Origin: Octopus vulgaris
Taxonomy: Eukaryota
Direction of reading: 5' to 3'
Length of the DNA: 64,000 bases
Assembly (NCBI GenBank): GCA_951406725.2
Contig: OX597815.1
Span: 37,262,001-37,326,000 of the forward strand
A program made the position numbers and the translations under genes. This document shows positions 48,675 through 63,002 of the stretch, piece after piece; within the stretch, counting starts at the first letter, position 1; the number at the start of each line of letters is the position of its first letter. A model generated the notes under the pieces. It was not told the DNA's origin and did no database searches. It worked only from the letters and a program-made list of their open reading frames with translations.

Positions 48675-49153
48675 TCTCCCCTTGTATGAGGAACACCAAA
48701 TGTTTCATGCAATACCTGCCTGATAAGAAATGCACACACTCCCATGTCCCTATAGATGGCCCTGATTGACTTGGAGGGATCGTTGTCAATCATTGCCTGG
48801 ATATCACCAAGAAATCCAAGAGTTCTTTTCTTATCAGAACGATCAAAGTGAGTTTTCTGGGCTACCGCACCTTCGTAATCACCATAAGACTCATTAAATT
48901 CTTTCCGATTCCTCTGCACTGTCTTCAGATTGACACCCAAACCATCAGAAATGTTCGCATTGGAGCTTCCGGCGCGAATGCCAAGCAGTACAGCATGTCG
49001 TTTCCAAATTTCTGGCAGAGTGAATTGCATCATGGCAGAGTGAATTGCCCAGCTGACCCTACTATACTATATAGTCGACAAAATCAAGAGCAAACAATGG
49101 ACATGCGTGAAATTAAAAATACAATATGGCAAAAATTTAACCATAGCACCCTA
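48675..49153 (-). mobile_element. 5' fragment of a Tc1/mariner-superfamily transposon (HTH region)
   Basis: ISDGLGVNLKTVQR and PSKSIRAIYRDMGV HTH-like segments; TA-flanked end tagggtg. Confidence 0.7.
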
Positions 49154-49257
49154 TATATATATATATGTGCATGTATGCATGTATGTATGTATGTATGTAT
49201 GTATGTATGTATGTATGTATGTATGTATGTATGTATGTATGTATGTATATATATATA

Positions 49258-49473
49258 CATACCAAAACCGGGTATATTATAGTCGCGATTCCATATCGAG
49301 CCCTTCTGGGTATTAGCGCGCGTCTACGATGAGTCTACGGTTTAAAAAAAAAATTTACCATCATTTTTTTCCATTTTAATGCATTTTTTGCTATTTTTTG
49401 GCTATAACTCTCTAAAAATGCTTATATAATCATTTCCCTTACAAACCCGAGCAACGCCGGGAGATACTGCTAG
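49258..49473 (+). mobile_element. Helitron-like 3' end
   Basis: cccgagcaacgccggg hairpin followed by CTAG|T. Confidence 0.65.
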
Positions 49474-49521
49474 TATATATATATATTATCAAAATAAGCA
49501 ACAAGAATATCTCCGGTAATT

Positions 49522-49605
49522 TGGAACAATCGTTTCACGCTACATCATTTTATTAAATATTGTAAGTATTACAACAGTTTTAAAATGTTGAGCAATCATC
49601 AGCCA
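49522..49605 (-). ncRNA. Family E hammerhead, diverged copy
   Basis: tgg-CTGATGA-ttgct...agcgt-GAAA-cgattg-TT-cca. Confidence 0.6.
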
Positions 49606-50594
49606 TTTCAGAGGTTTTCCATTAATACATAATTTTCATATTAATTGATAACATTATAGAGAAGGTAGATATATAGACAAAGATGTCGATTTGAATTTTA
49701 AGAACATTAAGGTAGTAGAGGTTATCTTATTACTGAATATGGATAATACCATACAAAATTCTGGTGCAACTAACTTAAGTACCATATTCATCTGAATCTA
49801 AATTTTTCTGAACTTATATATATATATATATATAATATACTCATAATGTTTTGTGTGTATAGAGCCTAACTGTTTATATGCATTGTTACTTCCACCTTAA
49901 AAAAAACTCGTTTGGAATTTCTCTTTTAGACACACATAATGCCGTGGGCCTTGCCGGGAGTTTAAGTTCAAATTATTTAACGATACTATGTGTTTCAATC
50001 CCGGGCATATCTAGCACTCACTTATTGCCTCACATACATTCGTACATACATACATACATACATACATACATACATACATACATACATACATACATAAATA
50101 CATACATACATACATACATACATACATACATACATACATACATAAATACATACATGCATACATTACATGCGTAGAAACATTAAGAGTGTATATATATATA
50201 TATGCATACGCATACACAGAATTAGAGAAAACTGATTTAAAGCTGAATCTATCGGAGTTCCTACAAGAATGTTTTGCTCCCGGCTTTTACAAAGGTGTGC
50301 ATGCACAAACACACACGCACACATACACATACTCACACCCACACACGCTCACACACAGTGAACACATTTCTTTTGCTTCATGTTTTTACTTTAACTTGGT
50401 TATACGTATGGTACAGAATATTTCCCAAGTAATCCTCATACAAATATACACAACTGACAGTATGTATCGTTACATTTTCTTATTATGAAAAACTGTATGT
50501 GTGTGAGTATAGTCTTTGACTATTTCCTCTTTTTCACTAGACCGCTGGTGGCAAAATAATTTCTATTGAATTTTTTGCTACCCTAAATTGATTA

Positions 50595-50654
<60 letters not shown>

Positions 50655-50658
50655 TATA

Positions 50659-50690
<32 letters not shown>

Positions 50691-50698
50691 GATAGATG

Positions 50699-51105
50699 GG
50701 CGCAGGAGTGGCTGTGTGGTAAGTAGCTTGCTAACCAACCACATGGTTCCGGGTTCAGTCCCACTGTGGGGCATCTTGGGCAAGTGTCTTCTGCTATAGC
50801 CCCGGGCCGACCAATGCCTTGTGAGTGGATTTGGTAGACGGAAACTGAAAGAAGCCTGTCGTATATATGTATATATGTGTATGTGTGTGTGTTTGTGTGT
50901 GTGTGTTTGTCCCCCTAGCATTGCTTGACAACCGATGCTGGTGTGTTTACGTCCCCGTCACTTAGCGGTTTGGCAAAAGAGACCGATAGAATAAGTACTG
51001 GGCTTACAAAGAATAAGTCCCAGGGTCGGGTTGCTCGATTAAAGGCGGTGCTCCAGCATGGCCGCAGTCAAATGACTGAAACAAGTAAAAGAGTAAAAGA
51101 GTAAA
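50699..51105 (+). mobile_element. Full-length tRNA-derived SINE family 1
   Basis: A box TGGCTGTGTGG, B box GGTTCAGTCCC, internal TA/TG tract, LINE-like tail and (GTAAAAGA)n end. Confidence 0.9.
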
Positions 51106-51129
51106 GATAGATAACATATTCTTTTATTA

Positions 51130-51320
51130 TTTTACTTGTTTCAGTCATTTGACTGCAGCCTTGCTGGAACACTACCTTTAGTCTAACAAATCGACCCTGG
51201 ACTTATTCTTTGTAAGCCTTGTAGTTATCCTATCGGTTCTTTTGCCGAACCGCTGTGTTACGGGGAGGTAAACACACCAGCATCGGTTGTCAAGCGATGG
51301 TGTTGGACAAACGCAGGGAC

Positions 51321-51403
<83 letters not shown>

Positions 51404-51516
51404 GGACAGGTTTCTCCCAGTTTCCATCTATAAAATGCATTCACAAAGCTTTAGTCGGCCCTAGGCACTAGTAGAAGGCACTAAGTGTCACACAGTAGGA
51501 CTGGACCTGGAACCAC
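51130..51516 (-). mobile_element. SINE family 1, tail-to-tail with the previous copy
   Basis: Reverse-complement match. Confidence 0.85.
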
Positions 51517-51542
51517 GCACACACACACGCGCGCGCACATAC

Positions 51543-51617
<75 letters not shown>

Positions 51618-52114
51618 AGACAATGATAAAAAGAAATCCAGACAATGTTTTGAAAAATAACATTTTACACCCCTTGAAGTGACCAGCTGGATTGGCCATT
51701 TCTAAAAGCCAAGAATCATTTACTATTGAAAGAAGTGACTAGCTGCAAAGATGTGAACACATTTTTTCTTCTTTCTCTCTTCTTTCTCTTTTCCATTGAC
51801 ACCTCTTTCAGATACAAAAGCACACATACACATACTCACGCGCACTCTCTCTCTCTCACTTTCTCCCGATTCCTCACCCTCTTGTACTCTCTTATATTTC
51901 TCTCCACCTCTACACACTCAATAATACTATAAAAAGAGACAAAATTCCTGAAAAAGTTCAATCTGACGACTCCACTAGATTGGACGCAAGCGCTAATATA
52001 TGATTTCTAAAAACATGTGACATAATAATAAATATCTGTAAATATAAAACCCTCCAGATTTCTGAGTACCTCATTTCTTCTAAAATATAATGCCTGTACA
52101 TCATCTCCAACCTA

Positions 52115-52218
<104 letters not shown>

Positions 52219-52256
52219 GTCTACCTATCTATCTATCTACCTATCTATCTACCTTC

Positions 52257-52362
<106 letters not shown>

Positions 52363-52831
52363 GCACATATACATACGCAATTTATAGTTGAAGATCAATC
52401 AGTTTTTAATGTGAAATGCTTACAAAACTCTACCTTTCCCCATCTCTTCTTTCGAAGATTTTTTTGACAAAGCTTTATGCTAGGTATTCTTTATACAATA
52501 TGTCTTATAGATATCACGTAAGGATATTTGAGGATGATGTACAAGCTTTTGTATTGCTATCCAAATCCATGTTATAGATAACCCGCAGCCTGTAATATCT
52601 ATTAAATTACTATGTCATTTGTAGATGGTGAAACATTAGAAATTCACATATGTATATCATGTGTGAGCGTGTACATCACAAAGCCTAGCACAAAATTCCA
52701 TTAAGTCTTCCACTACAAACAAACACATACACACATACATATATACGTATATAGAAACATACACACACATGCACACACGCACACACATATACACACACAC
52801 ATATACATATATACGTATATACAACCCTCCC

Positions 52832-52880
<49 letters not shown>

Positions 52881-53004
52881 ACACACATATTTATTCTCAT
52901 TGTAACATATGTACATTCCTATGCTTGATAAGTAACATACGCCCACACATTCTACTTTTCTCGGACTCTTTCATATATATACGCCCACACACACATATAC
53001 ATGT

Positions 53005-53086
<82 letters not shown>

Positions 53087-53571
53087 ATGTCTTTCATCGT
53101 ACTGGAAGAAAACATATAGAACATTATAAAGGTTTCCATATAAATTCTGCAAATATAAAAAAATATATACGATTAGACCAATTTGAAAACATTCGCCGCT
53201 CTTAATGAAGAACAAGAAAAATATATATCAGACCATAGGAAAAATATACTTTGGCGTTTATAGAGTATCAATGAAAGCAAAATAAATATTAAACATGCGT
53301 AAGTGTGAGATCACACGCTCACCGAGACATTGTAAAATACACCCTCCTGAGGGATAACGTGTCTCGCGTGAAGATCGCTGTTGCATTAGACTCAAGATGC
53401 AAGAGTAACCATTTACATGGTCGTGGTTAATTTTTATTGTTTGACGATGAGGAATCAGTTGTAATATCAACTGCATAGACTGCTCCTGAATTAATTTGTA
53501 TGTAACTGAGCACTCCGCAGACACGGGTACTCTTAAAAAATAGTCTATCTATCTATCTATCTATCTATCTG

Positions 53572-53651
<80 letters not shown>

Positions 53652-53814
53652 GGCGTAGTAGTGACTGTGTGGTAAGTAGCTTGCTTAAGAGCTACATAGT
53701 TCCGGGTTCAGTCCCACTGCGTGGCACCTTGTGCAGGAGGCTTCTACCATAGACTCGGTCCAACCAAAGTCTTGTGAGTGGATTTTGTAGACGGAAACAG
53801 AAAGAAGCCCGTCT

Positions 53815-53862
<48 letters not shown>

Positions 53863-53961
53863 TGTGTGTGTGTGTGTGTATGTGTGTGTGTTTGTGTGTG
53901 TGTCTGTCTGTGTTTGTCCCCCCAACATCGCTTGACAACCGATGCTGATGTGTTTACGTTC
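53652..53961 (+). mobile_element. SINE family 1, 3'-truncated
   Basis: Matches 50699-50955. Confidence 0.85.
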
Positions 53962-54219
53962 CCAGATCTCAATATTATTGAACATTTATGGTGCATTTTA
54001 GAAAATAAAGGATTTGATATCCTCCACCACCATCACTACAAGACCCAGACACTGTGTTACCTGAAGTATGGTCAAAAATATCTTTGGAAACAATTCAAAC
54101 GTTGTACGAGTCCATTCCTCGAGAATTCAAGCTGTAATTACTACCAAAGGCGGTCCTGCTCCATATCAAAATAAATTTGCTTGAAATTTTAAGGTGTTTC
54201 CATTCTATTGTCCAAACCT

Positions 54220-54222
<3 letters not shown>
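53962..54222 (+). mobile_element. Tc1 transposase C-terminus and right end
   Basis: PDLNIIEHLW; YESIPR..IQAVITTKGGPAPY; ends at TA. Confidence 0.8.
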
Positions 54223-54259
<37 letters not shown>

Positions 54260-54365
54260 CAAAGAGCAACAGTTTGACTCAAGACCTGAGAGTTTTGTGC
54301 GTTAGGACACACACTCACTCACACATACATACACACACACACCCGCACATGCACACTGACACACG

Positions 54366-54420
<55 letters not shown>

Positions 54421-54689
54421 GTGCGTGTGTATATACCTTAGTACACACTCATGTACATGTCTCCATACACATAACTCGGTTTAGTTTTTTTAGATATTTG
54501 GAAAACATTGTCTTTCATGAAAAGTATAACGTTCAGTTCAAATGTTTGCAACATTTTGTTAACTTATTTCTTTTATTCGCCAAGTTACAATAATAGCAAG
54601 CTAGCATTCAAGGAGAGGCCTTGTGTTGTACTGTCTGCAGTTACCTATCAGCCAGTTTTCTGATCACACACTAATTCCAGTTCTTGTCC

Positions 54690-55290
54690 TCCGAAACGAA
54701 GAACTCCTTTACAGAATCTTTCATCTCTTCTTATTGAAGCAGCCTAAGTGCAGGAATTGAGTCACTGACAAGTAATAATCCGTGGGAGATATTTTTCCGC
54801 ATAAACAGTGCATAAATAGTGGTTGAGTTAGGGTCAGCTTCCGGAACCTCTCGCAAAACATGAGCGAGCTCGGGGTGTTTCTTTGCATCTATTGGAATTA
54901 TGATCGCATGATTGACTACAAGTTCTTTCCAGACAGTCTGACCATCGATGTCATCCTGTTCTCCAAACAGCTGGAGTGGATGTATGCAAAATTATCCAGC
55001 ATTGGTTAACAGAAAGTAAGCTCTTCTGCAGCAAGACAACACAAGATATCATACCACTAGAACGATCCGGAATAAACTCGAGGAACTTGGTGAAATCGAA
55101 ATGAAGCCATATCCAGCATGTAGTCCGGGTTTTGCTCTCTCGGATTAATACTCGTTCCGATCCATGGATAATCTCCTACGCACGCAACTCAGCTAAGAGG
55201 TGGTGGAAGCTTCAGTGAAGGGGTTTTTTGCCTGGAAAACAAGAACTGGAATCAGCGTGAGATCAAAGAACTGGCACAAAGGTGGCTTTG
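54690..55290 (+). pseudogene. Decayed mariner transposase catalytic domain
   Basis: LLQQDNTRYHT..KLEELG..PYPACSPGFALSD*YSFRSM resembles HDNARPH..YSPDLAPSDYHLFRS. Confidence 0.8.
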
Positions 55291-55740
55291 AATGCTTGCT
55301 AGGTTTCTTTTGTTGTAACTTGACGACTAAAGAAAATAAGTTATCAAAATATTGCAAAACCTTTGACTGTTTCTTTATAAATTTCCTTTTCCATTACAAG
55401 ACAGAAAGACAATTTTACCTGTGATCTGTCGATTCTGAGTTTCATCGCTTTTATCCATTAAAATATCATAAAAGCAAATGCACTGATTTTCTTTTCAATA
55501 TATTCTTTCGGTACAAGTCACTGCTTAACCACCCAATTCGTATTTCCTCAACACACCATCTTCATTGCATATAACCTCACGGGCCTTGCACGAAATACTT
55601 CATCATTTACATCCACTTTATAACTTCTCACTCTGTTGCCTACCTTTGAATTTTTTCTTTACGTAAACCTTCCTACAGATATTCAAGTCGTATATCAGGC
55701 GTGTAAAACTAAAAGATCACGGGAAGACTTTAAAGGTCAC

Positions 55741-55840
55741 NNNNNNNNNNNNNNNNNNNNNNNNNNNNNNNNNNNNNNNNNNNNNNNNNNNNNNNNNNNN
55801 NNNNNNNNNNNNNNNNNNNNNNNNNNNNNNNNNNNNNNNN
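55741..55840. other. Assembly gap of 100 N
   Basis: Direct reading. Confidence 1.
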
Positions 55841-56626
55841 TTCTAAATGTATGGTCGCGACTGGGATTAATAATGACATTTTTCGTTTATTATAGAGAAC
55901 ACTCTGTCGGAACGAACATCTGCATGTCCATAGACTGAGACACAGACACACGCACGCGCACTCATGCATGGACACAGGATGATTTATATATACATATGTA
56001 TATATATATATATATATAAATCATATATTTAGGCATGTGTGCCTGAGTTCATATTTGTGTTCATATGTATGTATATGATTGTTTAGACAAAACCGTCTAG
56101 CTTTGTGTGCGTGTGTGTGTGTTTGGCTCCATCAATCTTCCTTCCTTGCTTCCTTCCTCTCCCTCCTCTCATGCACATGTGGTTACACGCGCGCTTGTTT
56201 TGTGCGTGTGATTGATTGTGTACGTGGATATCTATATGTGTAGGAGCAGCGGGAGCAAAAAAGATTGATCACGACAGTAGGAGCCGAATTGATCACTGCC
56301 AAGGAAAACAAAACGCTGATGCATTTGGTTTTGTCTGCTGGGGATCGGTAACACTGAATTTTCTAACCTAAGCGATTTACCGCAAAGAAATGTTGACAGT
56401 AAACACCTATGGTAGTTACGCTGAAAACTTCTAAAACACGGTTAACTTAAAATCGGTAGACTAGAATATTTAAATCGTTTTTACCATGCCTAATGCTTAG
56501 ATAGAATAAGGATTATGTGTTTATATATATTTTTTTCTTCGTTTTCCTAGTTGTTTGTCTCATTGGACTGCAACCATTTCGGAGTACTGATTTGAAGGGG
56601 CTAATAATAATAATAATAATAATAAT

Positions 56627-56781
56627 TTAGACTTTCATTAGTACAACACCAAAAACTCCCCCCATAAATATATGGCACACTAGGCATAACAACAACATGA
56701 ACTTCCAACCTGTTGTCTCTTGAGGTCTCTGGGTGAGACTTGGAGCCAACTTGTACAAATATAAAGCAAAAGTCAAACATA

Positions 56782-56782
<1 letters not shown>
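56627..56782 (+). mobile_element. Short (AAT)-flanked retroposon 3' end, R4/Dong-like
   Basis: (AAT)n on both sides; gaggtctctgggtgagacttgga recalls R4-clade 3' UTRs (from memory). Confidence 0.5.
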
Positions 56783-56843
<61 letters not shown>

Positions 56844-56845
<2 letters not shown>

Positions 56846-57242
56846 CAGTTGAGCATGTCCCTTAGCGGCTGATGATATGTGCATCTCTGATCACGAGCAG
56901 AAGTAGTGGGGGAACATCATAGCCATGTGTTGAGAGGGATTCTTTGGGGTTTGAATAATTCACCTCTGGAAACATGGGTGGTTCTTTCAACATCCTTAAA
57001 CAACCCTTATTCAGGGACCTTTTGAGCGGGATGGGCTACTCAACCTGAAGAAAATTCTAACTGGGCCCCACCTGCAAGGTCATGTGCTGTTTATCTTGAT
57101 ATGAGATCACCATGTCGCGCACATATGGTTGTGATGCATGTGCCTGGTGTACCCTTATCAGACGGGTAGTCATGATGGGTATATTGGGCTTCGTATATTT
57201 TACCCCAGTGTCATTTTGATGGCATGAACTGCTCTCTCACTC
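56844..57242 (+). mobile_element. 5'-truncated AAT element
   Basis: Matches 22554-22952; (AAT)n on both sides. Confidence 0.88.
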
Positions 57243-57433
57243 AATAATAATAATAATAATTCAACCCTAAAACCTTACTCAGTTTTAAAGCGAAGTACGT
57301 ATTTTATCTGCTCTGTAGACAAGAGGCGCGACAAACAAACACTAACACATGCACAAATATGCATACATAGATTCATACATAAGTGTTTGCATACATAGAT
57401 GTAGGTAGATAAATAGTTAGATACATGTACCTA

Positions 57434-57528
<95 letters not shown>

Positions 57529-57966
57529 TATTCCTTTATTCTTTACCTGTTTCAGTCATTTGATTGCAGCCATGATGGAGCAGCGCCTTAAAAGGTTTTT
57601 TTTTCAATCGAAGAAGTCGGCCCCAGTACATATTCTTTGTAAGCCTACTACTTGTTCTATCGATACATTTTACCGCAACGCTAAGTTTTACGGTGACGAA
57701 AACATACTAACATCGGTTGTCAAACAGAAATACAGACACATAAACACACACACACACACACACACATATAAATATATACGGCGTACTCTTTTAGTTTTCG
57801 TTTACCAAATCCACTCACAAGGCTTTGTTCGGCCCGAGGCTATAGAAGAAGATACTTGCCTAAGGTGCCACGCAGTGAGACTGAACCCGGGACCATGTGC
57901 TTCGGCAGCAAGCTTCTTACTACAAAGCCACGTATATGTATGTATGCATGTATGTATGTATGTATG

Positions 57967-58000
<34 letters not shown>

Positions 58001-58611
58001 TGTATGTATGTATGTATGTATGTATGTATGTATGTATGTATGTATGTATATATATATATATATACGTAGGTACACATCCAGTAGTATATAGTTAATATCC
58101 CTTACATGACAGACAGATAGACAGACACACACACTCACACACACACACACATATATTATATATATACTCTTTTATTCTTTTACTTGTTTCAATCATTTGA
58201 CTGTGGCCATGCTGGAGCACCGCCTTTAGTCGAGCAAATCGACCCCAGGACTTATTCTCCGCAAAATCCCAAATTTTATATAAATTTGCTTTGTGGGAGC
58301 AAGTGTCTTATCGAAAGCGTATATTGTTGTTAAATGCTCGAAATACGAGACAAGAAAAAAGCCCACAACTTATGAAGGGTCGTTCTTTATGTTGTTTGTT
58401 TTGTTTTCCATTTGTGTCTTTCGTTGTTCGAAAGAATAGTTCATGTTCCATGTAACCCCCCTTCGTATTATTTTGTTGCGCACGTTTGACGCCCTGTGCC
58501 CACATATGCATATATATACGTATAGATGTATGTACACATACGTATGTATATATGCATACATATATTATTTATATTATATCATATTTTATATATATACATA
58601 TATATATAGGC

Positions 58612-58793
58612 CAAAAAGTTAGATTCAGATGAATATGGTACTTAAGTTGAGGCACCATAATTTAGTGGGGTACTATCCATACAATTTAAAATAAGGTGAT
58701 TAAAATCAAAATGATTGCATTGTTAAATTAAATGGAGTCGCATGAAACGTTCGTACTGCATTACCTCTGGATATCCTTGTTGCTTATTTTGAT
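58612..58793. mobile_element. Family E fragment made of two oppositely oriented pieces
   Basis: Reverse complement of 24190-24285 joined to forward 24118-24196, including GAAA-cgttcg-TA-ctgca. Confidence 0.7.
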
Positions 58794-58809
58794 ATATATA
58801 TATATATAT

Positions 58810-58874
<65 letters not shown>

Positions 58875-59155
58875 GTATATGTATAACCGGAAACGAGGTG
58901 CATTAGATTAGCGTGCTAATTTCGAATACAAACTAATGCACATCAGTAATGCTTACTTCATCGCGGGTGAACTTTCGCCTCTCGGTATTTATAGAATTTA
59001 CCATAGGAATCAATGGCTGATTTTGCAAAATCGTAATGTGAAAATTAAAAAATAGTGTGGTGGCTAAACGCAATTTGAAACCAAAAAGGAAGTAATTCAC
59101 CATTACTAAAAACTTACCAAGGGTGTTGGTGGTGGTGGTGTTTGTGTGTGTATGG

Positions 59156-59206
<51 letters not shown>

Positions 59207-59370
59207 GCCACCAAAACTGCTTGACAACTGGATACTAGTAAAAGAGACCGATACAATAAGTACTAGACTTAAAAAATAAGTTCTAGGATTCATTTGTTCC
59301 ACTGAAACTCTTCAAGGCACTGGCCCAACATGACCACAATCAAATGACTGAAACAAATAAAAGGTAAAAC

Positions 59371-59407
<37 letters not shown>

Positions 59408-59611
59408 TCTTTTACTTTTATTTATTGTTTCAGTAATTTGACTGCAGCCATGCTGGAGCAAGTCATTTAGTCGAACAAATCGAGCTCAGGACTTATTCTT
59501 TGTAAGTCTAGTACTTATTCTGTCGGTATCTTTTGCCAAACCGCTAGCTTACGGGGACGTAAACACAGCAACATCGGTTGTCAAGCGACGGTGGGGCTCA
59601 AACACACGTAT

Positions 59612-59674
<63 letters not shown>

Positions 59675-59675
<1 letters not shown>

Positions 59676-59716
59676 GCATTATACATACATGCCCGCTGGC
59701 ATGTATGTATAATGCC
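59675..59716. repeat. Perfect 19 bp hairpin with a 4 nt loop
   Basis: ggcattatacatacatgcc-cgct-ggcatgtatgtataatgcc. Confidence 0.9.
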
Positions 59717-62316
59717 CTCTATATATAAATTAATATGTTCAATAAGAAATAATTATTTTCGAAATTTATTCTCTTATGAGGTTTTCACGCTATCTACCTG
59801 ACAATTTCTTGTTAAGTTTTCCTTATTGAGTAGTTGTCCTTAATTGCTATATATATATATATATATATATCCAGAGAATATATATATATTCCAGAGAATA
59901 AATATATTCCAGAGAATAAATATTTATCAAATCAGTACAATACACACACAGTAGCACACAGAGATACACACAAGTACACGAGTCTTCATACACATACAAA
60001 AGACGGGCTTCTTTCAGTTTCTGTCAACCAAATCCACTCACAATGCTTTGGTCAGCCCTAGGCTATAGTAGAAGACACTTGTTCAATGTACCACACAGTG
60101 GGACTGAACCCAGAACCGTGTGGGTTGGGAAACAACCTTCTTACCACACAGTCACGCTTGCGCTTATATATATACATATGTATATATGTATATTATACAC
60201 ACACACACTATGTATATAGTTATGTATGAACACATACACACACATATTTTTAAATGATGTCTCAGATTTGATCCCAATGCGTGTTATCATGGGGCATACA
60301 TCATTTCTACGTCTCATGTCGATTCATACCTAATGAATGAAATTTCACTGAAGCTGTTTAAAACACGTCGCATGAACTATATACTTGTGATTCGATTATA
60401 CAAATTTGCCACCTGTTTTGGACTGAGAATAACGGGAAGGGGATACATGTCGATGGATTGATCAGCCACAGTATATGTTCATTCACTGAGCAGATAACAA
60501 AGTCGGTCGATCAACTGAATCGTAACCAATGTATAATCAAGTATCTATTCATGTGTATATCTGTGTGTGTATTGTACTGTTTTGATAAATATTTATTCTT
60601 TGGAAAATAGTTTTTCCTCAAAACCGGTTACTTTTCTTTAGGCATGCCTGTGTTTGTTTCTCTACGTGGTTAACTGCAATTTTTGCCAGATGTTTTGTTA
60701 TTACAGAGTATTTTTTTGTAGTTTATATGGACATATTTGCCAGAAATGCTCATAACGATGAAATATCAATGAAATAAATATTTAATTTTATATTGAATTA
60801 ATGTGTTCTACGATTTATGTAATTTTTGGAAGATGCCATTATATTAAAACTTAGTCTTCAAAGAATTATTCCATATAAAACACATTGTCTACGGCAGTCC
60901 TGTGGAAAATGACGCAGTTACTTTCTCATGATTTAAGTTTCCCAGAATACATAGATGGCGTTGGTGCGGTAAAAATTGTAATTATTACTCAGTTTAATGC
61001 CACCCAGATATTAGCTAATGCTGAATCTAAGGGTGGGCATGATATCACCGGCTTCAGCCGGCACTTGAATGGTATTTTCCCCAAGCATGCAGTACGCCAG
61101 CCACAGCCCTAATATTGGCCTCCTCGTGACTGGATTGCAGTTCTGCATAGGGATGTCGACAGCAATAGCTATCGGAGGTAGCTCTGATGTGACATTTGCA
61201 GTTTTAGCAAGATTCTATTCGAACTCATGACCCTTGGAAGAGAAAATGGAAATATGCACCTACTTATTATGTTACGATTCACTTGCTTGCTATTTTCAGA
61301 TTGCTCAATGTTTGGACTGTCCGTTATTGATGAGACAGTCTGGTACGTATGTGTCTATACAACATCCAGTTTCGTAGCAATCCGAGTTTGTTTATCTTGA
61401 AAAGGTATGAAAACCTTGTCATCGCATACGTTATAAGTACTGAGAATAGTTGTGGACTGCCGGATACCATAAAGACGTCATCCAGTACTTTGTAGCTATA
61501 TGTTGCAACTGCTTCTCTTGCTTTGGGATTTTCAAGACTTTGTAGAAGGTCAGACCTCATGCTTGGCAAACTCACCTTACAAAAATCCAAAAAGATATGA
61601 CAGAAAGTCTACATCTCAGATGTAAACTAGGTTAATACATATCTTTGGTTCTATATAAATATATATATGAAGAAGCACTGTGATTTTCTTTTACCACTTA
61701 GAGTTTACTCTATGTTGAAGCTTTCTGAAGAGACTAGCGCCCAAGATAATTTCTTTTGATTGTTCAATAGATGAAGGAACTGCCGACAAATTTCTGATAA
61801 TACTCTAGTCTGCACCTGTGAAGGTGTGCACTGTTGTTACTCGTTCATTTGTTGAGATGTGATTATCAAAATTAATTAAATTAAAAAATCATTCAAGGAG
61901 GTTTGGGCTATTCTCTCTTCATGGTTTCAAAGAGGCTGGTAACTTCTGAAAACCTGTGTGTGCTGAAAAACTCAGATTCGAAAATTTATGGAGATATATG
62001 CATCCTCTTGAAGGAGACACTTATCATCAAAATGCATCTCCAGAACCGATTGAAACGAATCGATCATCGAAAAGCCGCAGGTTTTTCTGGGAGTTAGAAA
62101 GCACCGCTCGAACTATTTCATATTCTTGATCGTGAACCTCATCAAATCAATTCATCGTAAGTTTGTTGGTGGTCTTTGAAAAGTCTTAGAATACTTTATA
62201 AGCACATCCTCGATCATTTCATGCGAGGCTTCATGTCCCTGATGTGGACAAGTATCCATCATAAGTAGTTCACAACATCTACGATGTGATATCCAATAAT
62301 CTTCTATATATATAAC

Positions 62317-62512
62317 TCTTACTCTCTTTTACTCTTTTACTTGTTTCAGTCATTTGACTGTGGCCATGCTGGAGCACCGCCTTTAGTCGAGCAAATCGAC
62401 CCAAGGACTTATTCTTTGTAAGCCTAGTACTTATTATATCGGTCTCTTTTACCGAACCGCTAAGTTACGGGGACGTAAACACACCAGCATCGGTTGTCAA
62501 GCGATGTTGGGG
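62317..62512 (-). mobile_element. SINE family 1, 3' half
   Basis: Reverse complement of 50910-51105. Confidence 0.85.
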
Positions 62513-62643
62513 ACACACACACAGACACACAAACATATACACACACATACATATATACATATATATATATGTATATCACGTAATCACGTGACCGACCACA
62601 CATCCACTCCTACGCCAGATTTCTCATTGAAATATGAGAAAGT

Positions 62644-63002
62644 TGGGAATTAGAATTTAATGTCTCATAATCAGGTCTAAGTAAGTAAAATAAGACTCTT
62701 CTCTGCATGCATTTTTAACATGTCAGCACAGCCTAAAATTTTTCGGATGCTGCCTCACCGTGTACAGACACTTCCTGGAGGTAATGCAAGGTCAAAAGGT
62801 TGACTTGTTTCACTTGCCTTGTTCGATTTCAGTTTAATGTTTTCAGTATATAATTCTGCAGCGACGGAGATGTGGGTTGTCTGTACACAGTGAGGCATCC
62901 GAAAAATTTTGGTCTGTACTGATATGTTAAAAACGCATGCAGAGAAGAATCTTATTTTACTATACTTAAACTTGATTATGAGACATTAAATCCTAATTCT
63001 CA
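62644..63002. repeat. Fold-back element with ~125 bp diverged arms (62644-62770 and 62878-63002)
   Basis: tgggaattagaatttaatgtctcataatc... versus ...gattatgagacattaaatcctaattctca. Confidence 0.85.

Larger units (their letters stand above)
57535..60163. mobile_element. Cluster of SINE family 1 copies or fragments: 57535-57931 (-), 58166-58258 (-), 59200-59370 (+), 59408-59600 (-), 60001-60163 (-)
   Basis: Each matches part of 50699-51105. Confidence 0.8.

Noticed and set aside
50699-50775. tRNA gene
   Set aside because: A/B boxes belong to a SINE head; no full cloverleaf or terminator
56200-56460. Unique island resembling a promoter or first exon
   Set aside because: No ORF or diagnostic motif; needs transcript data
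61400-62240. Possible Tc1/mariner C-terminal relics on the minus strand
   Set aside because: Only faint motif resemblance; no TIR found
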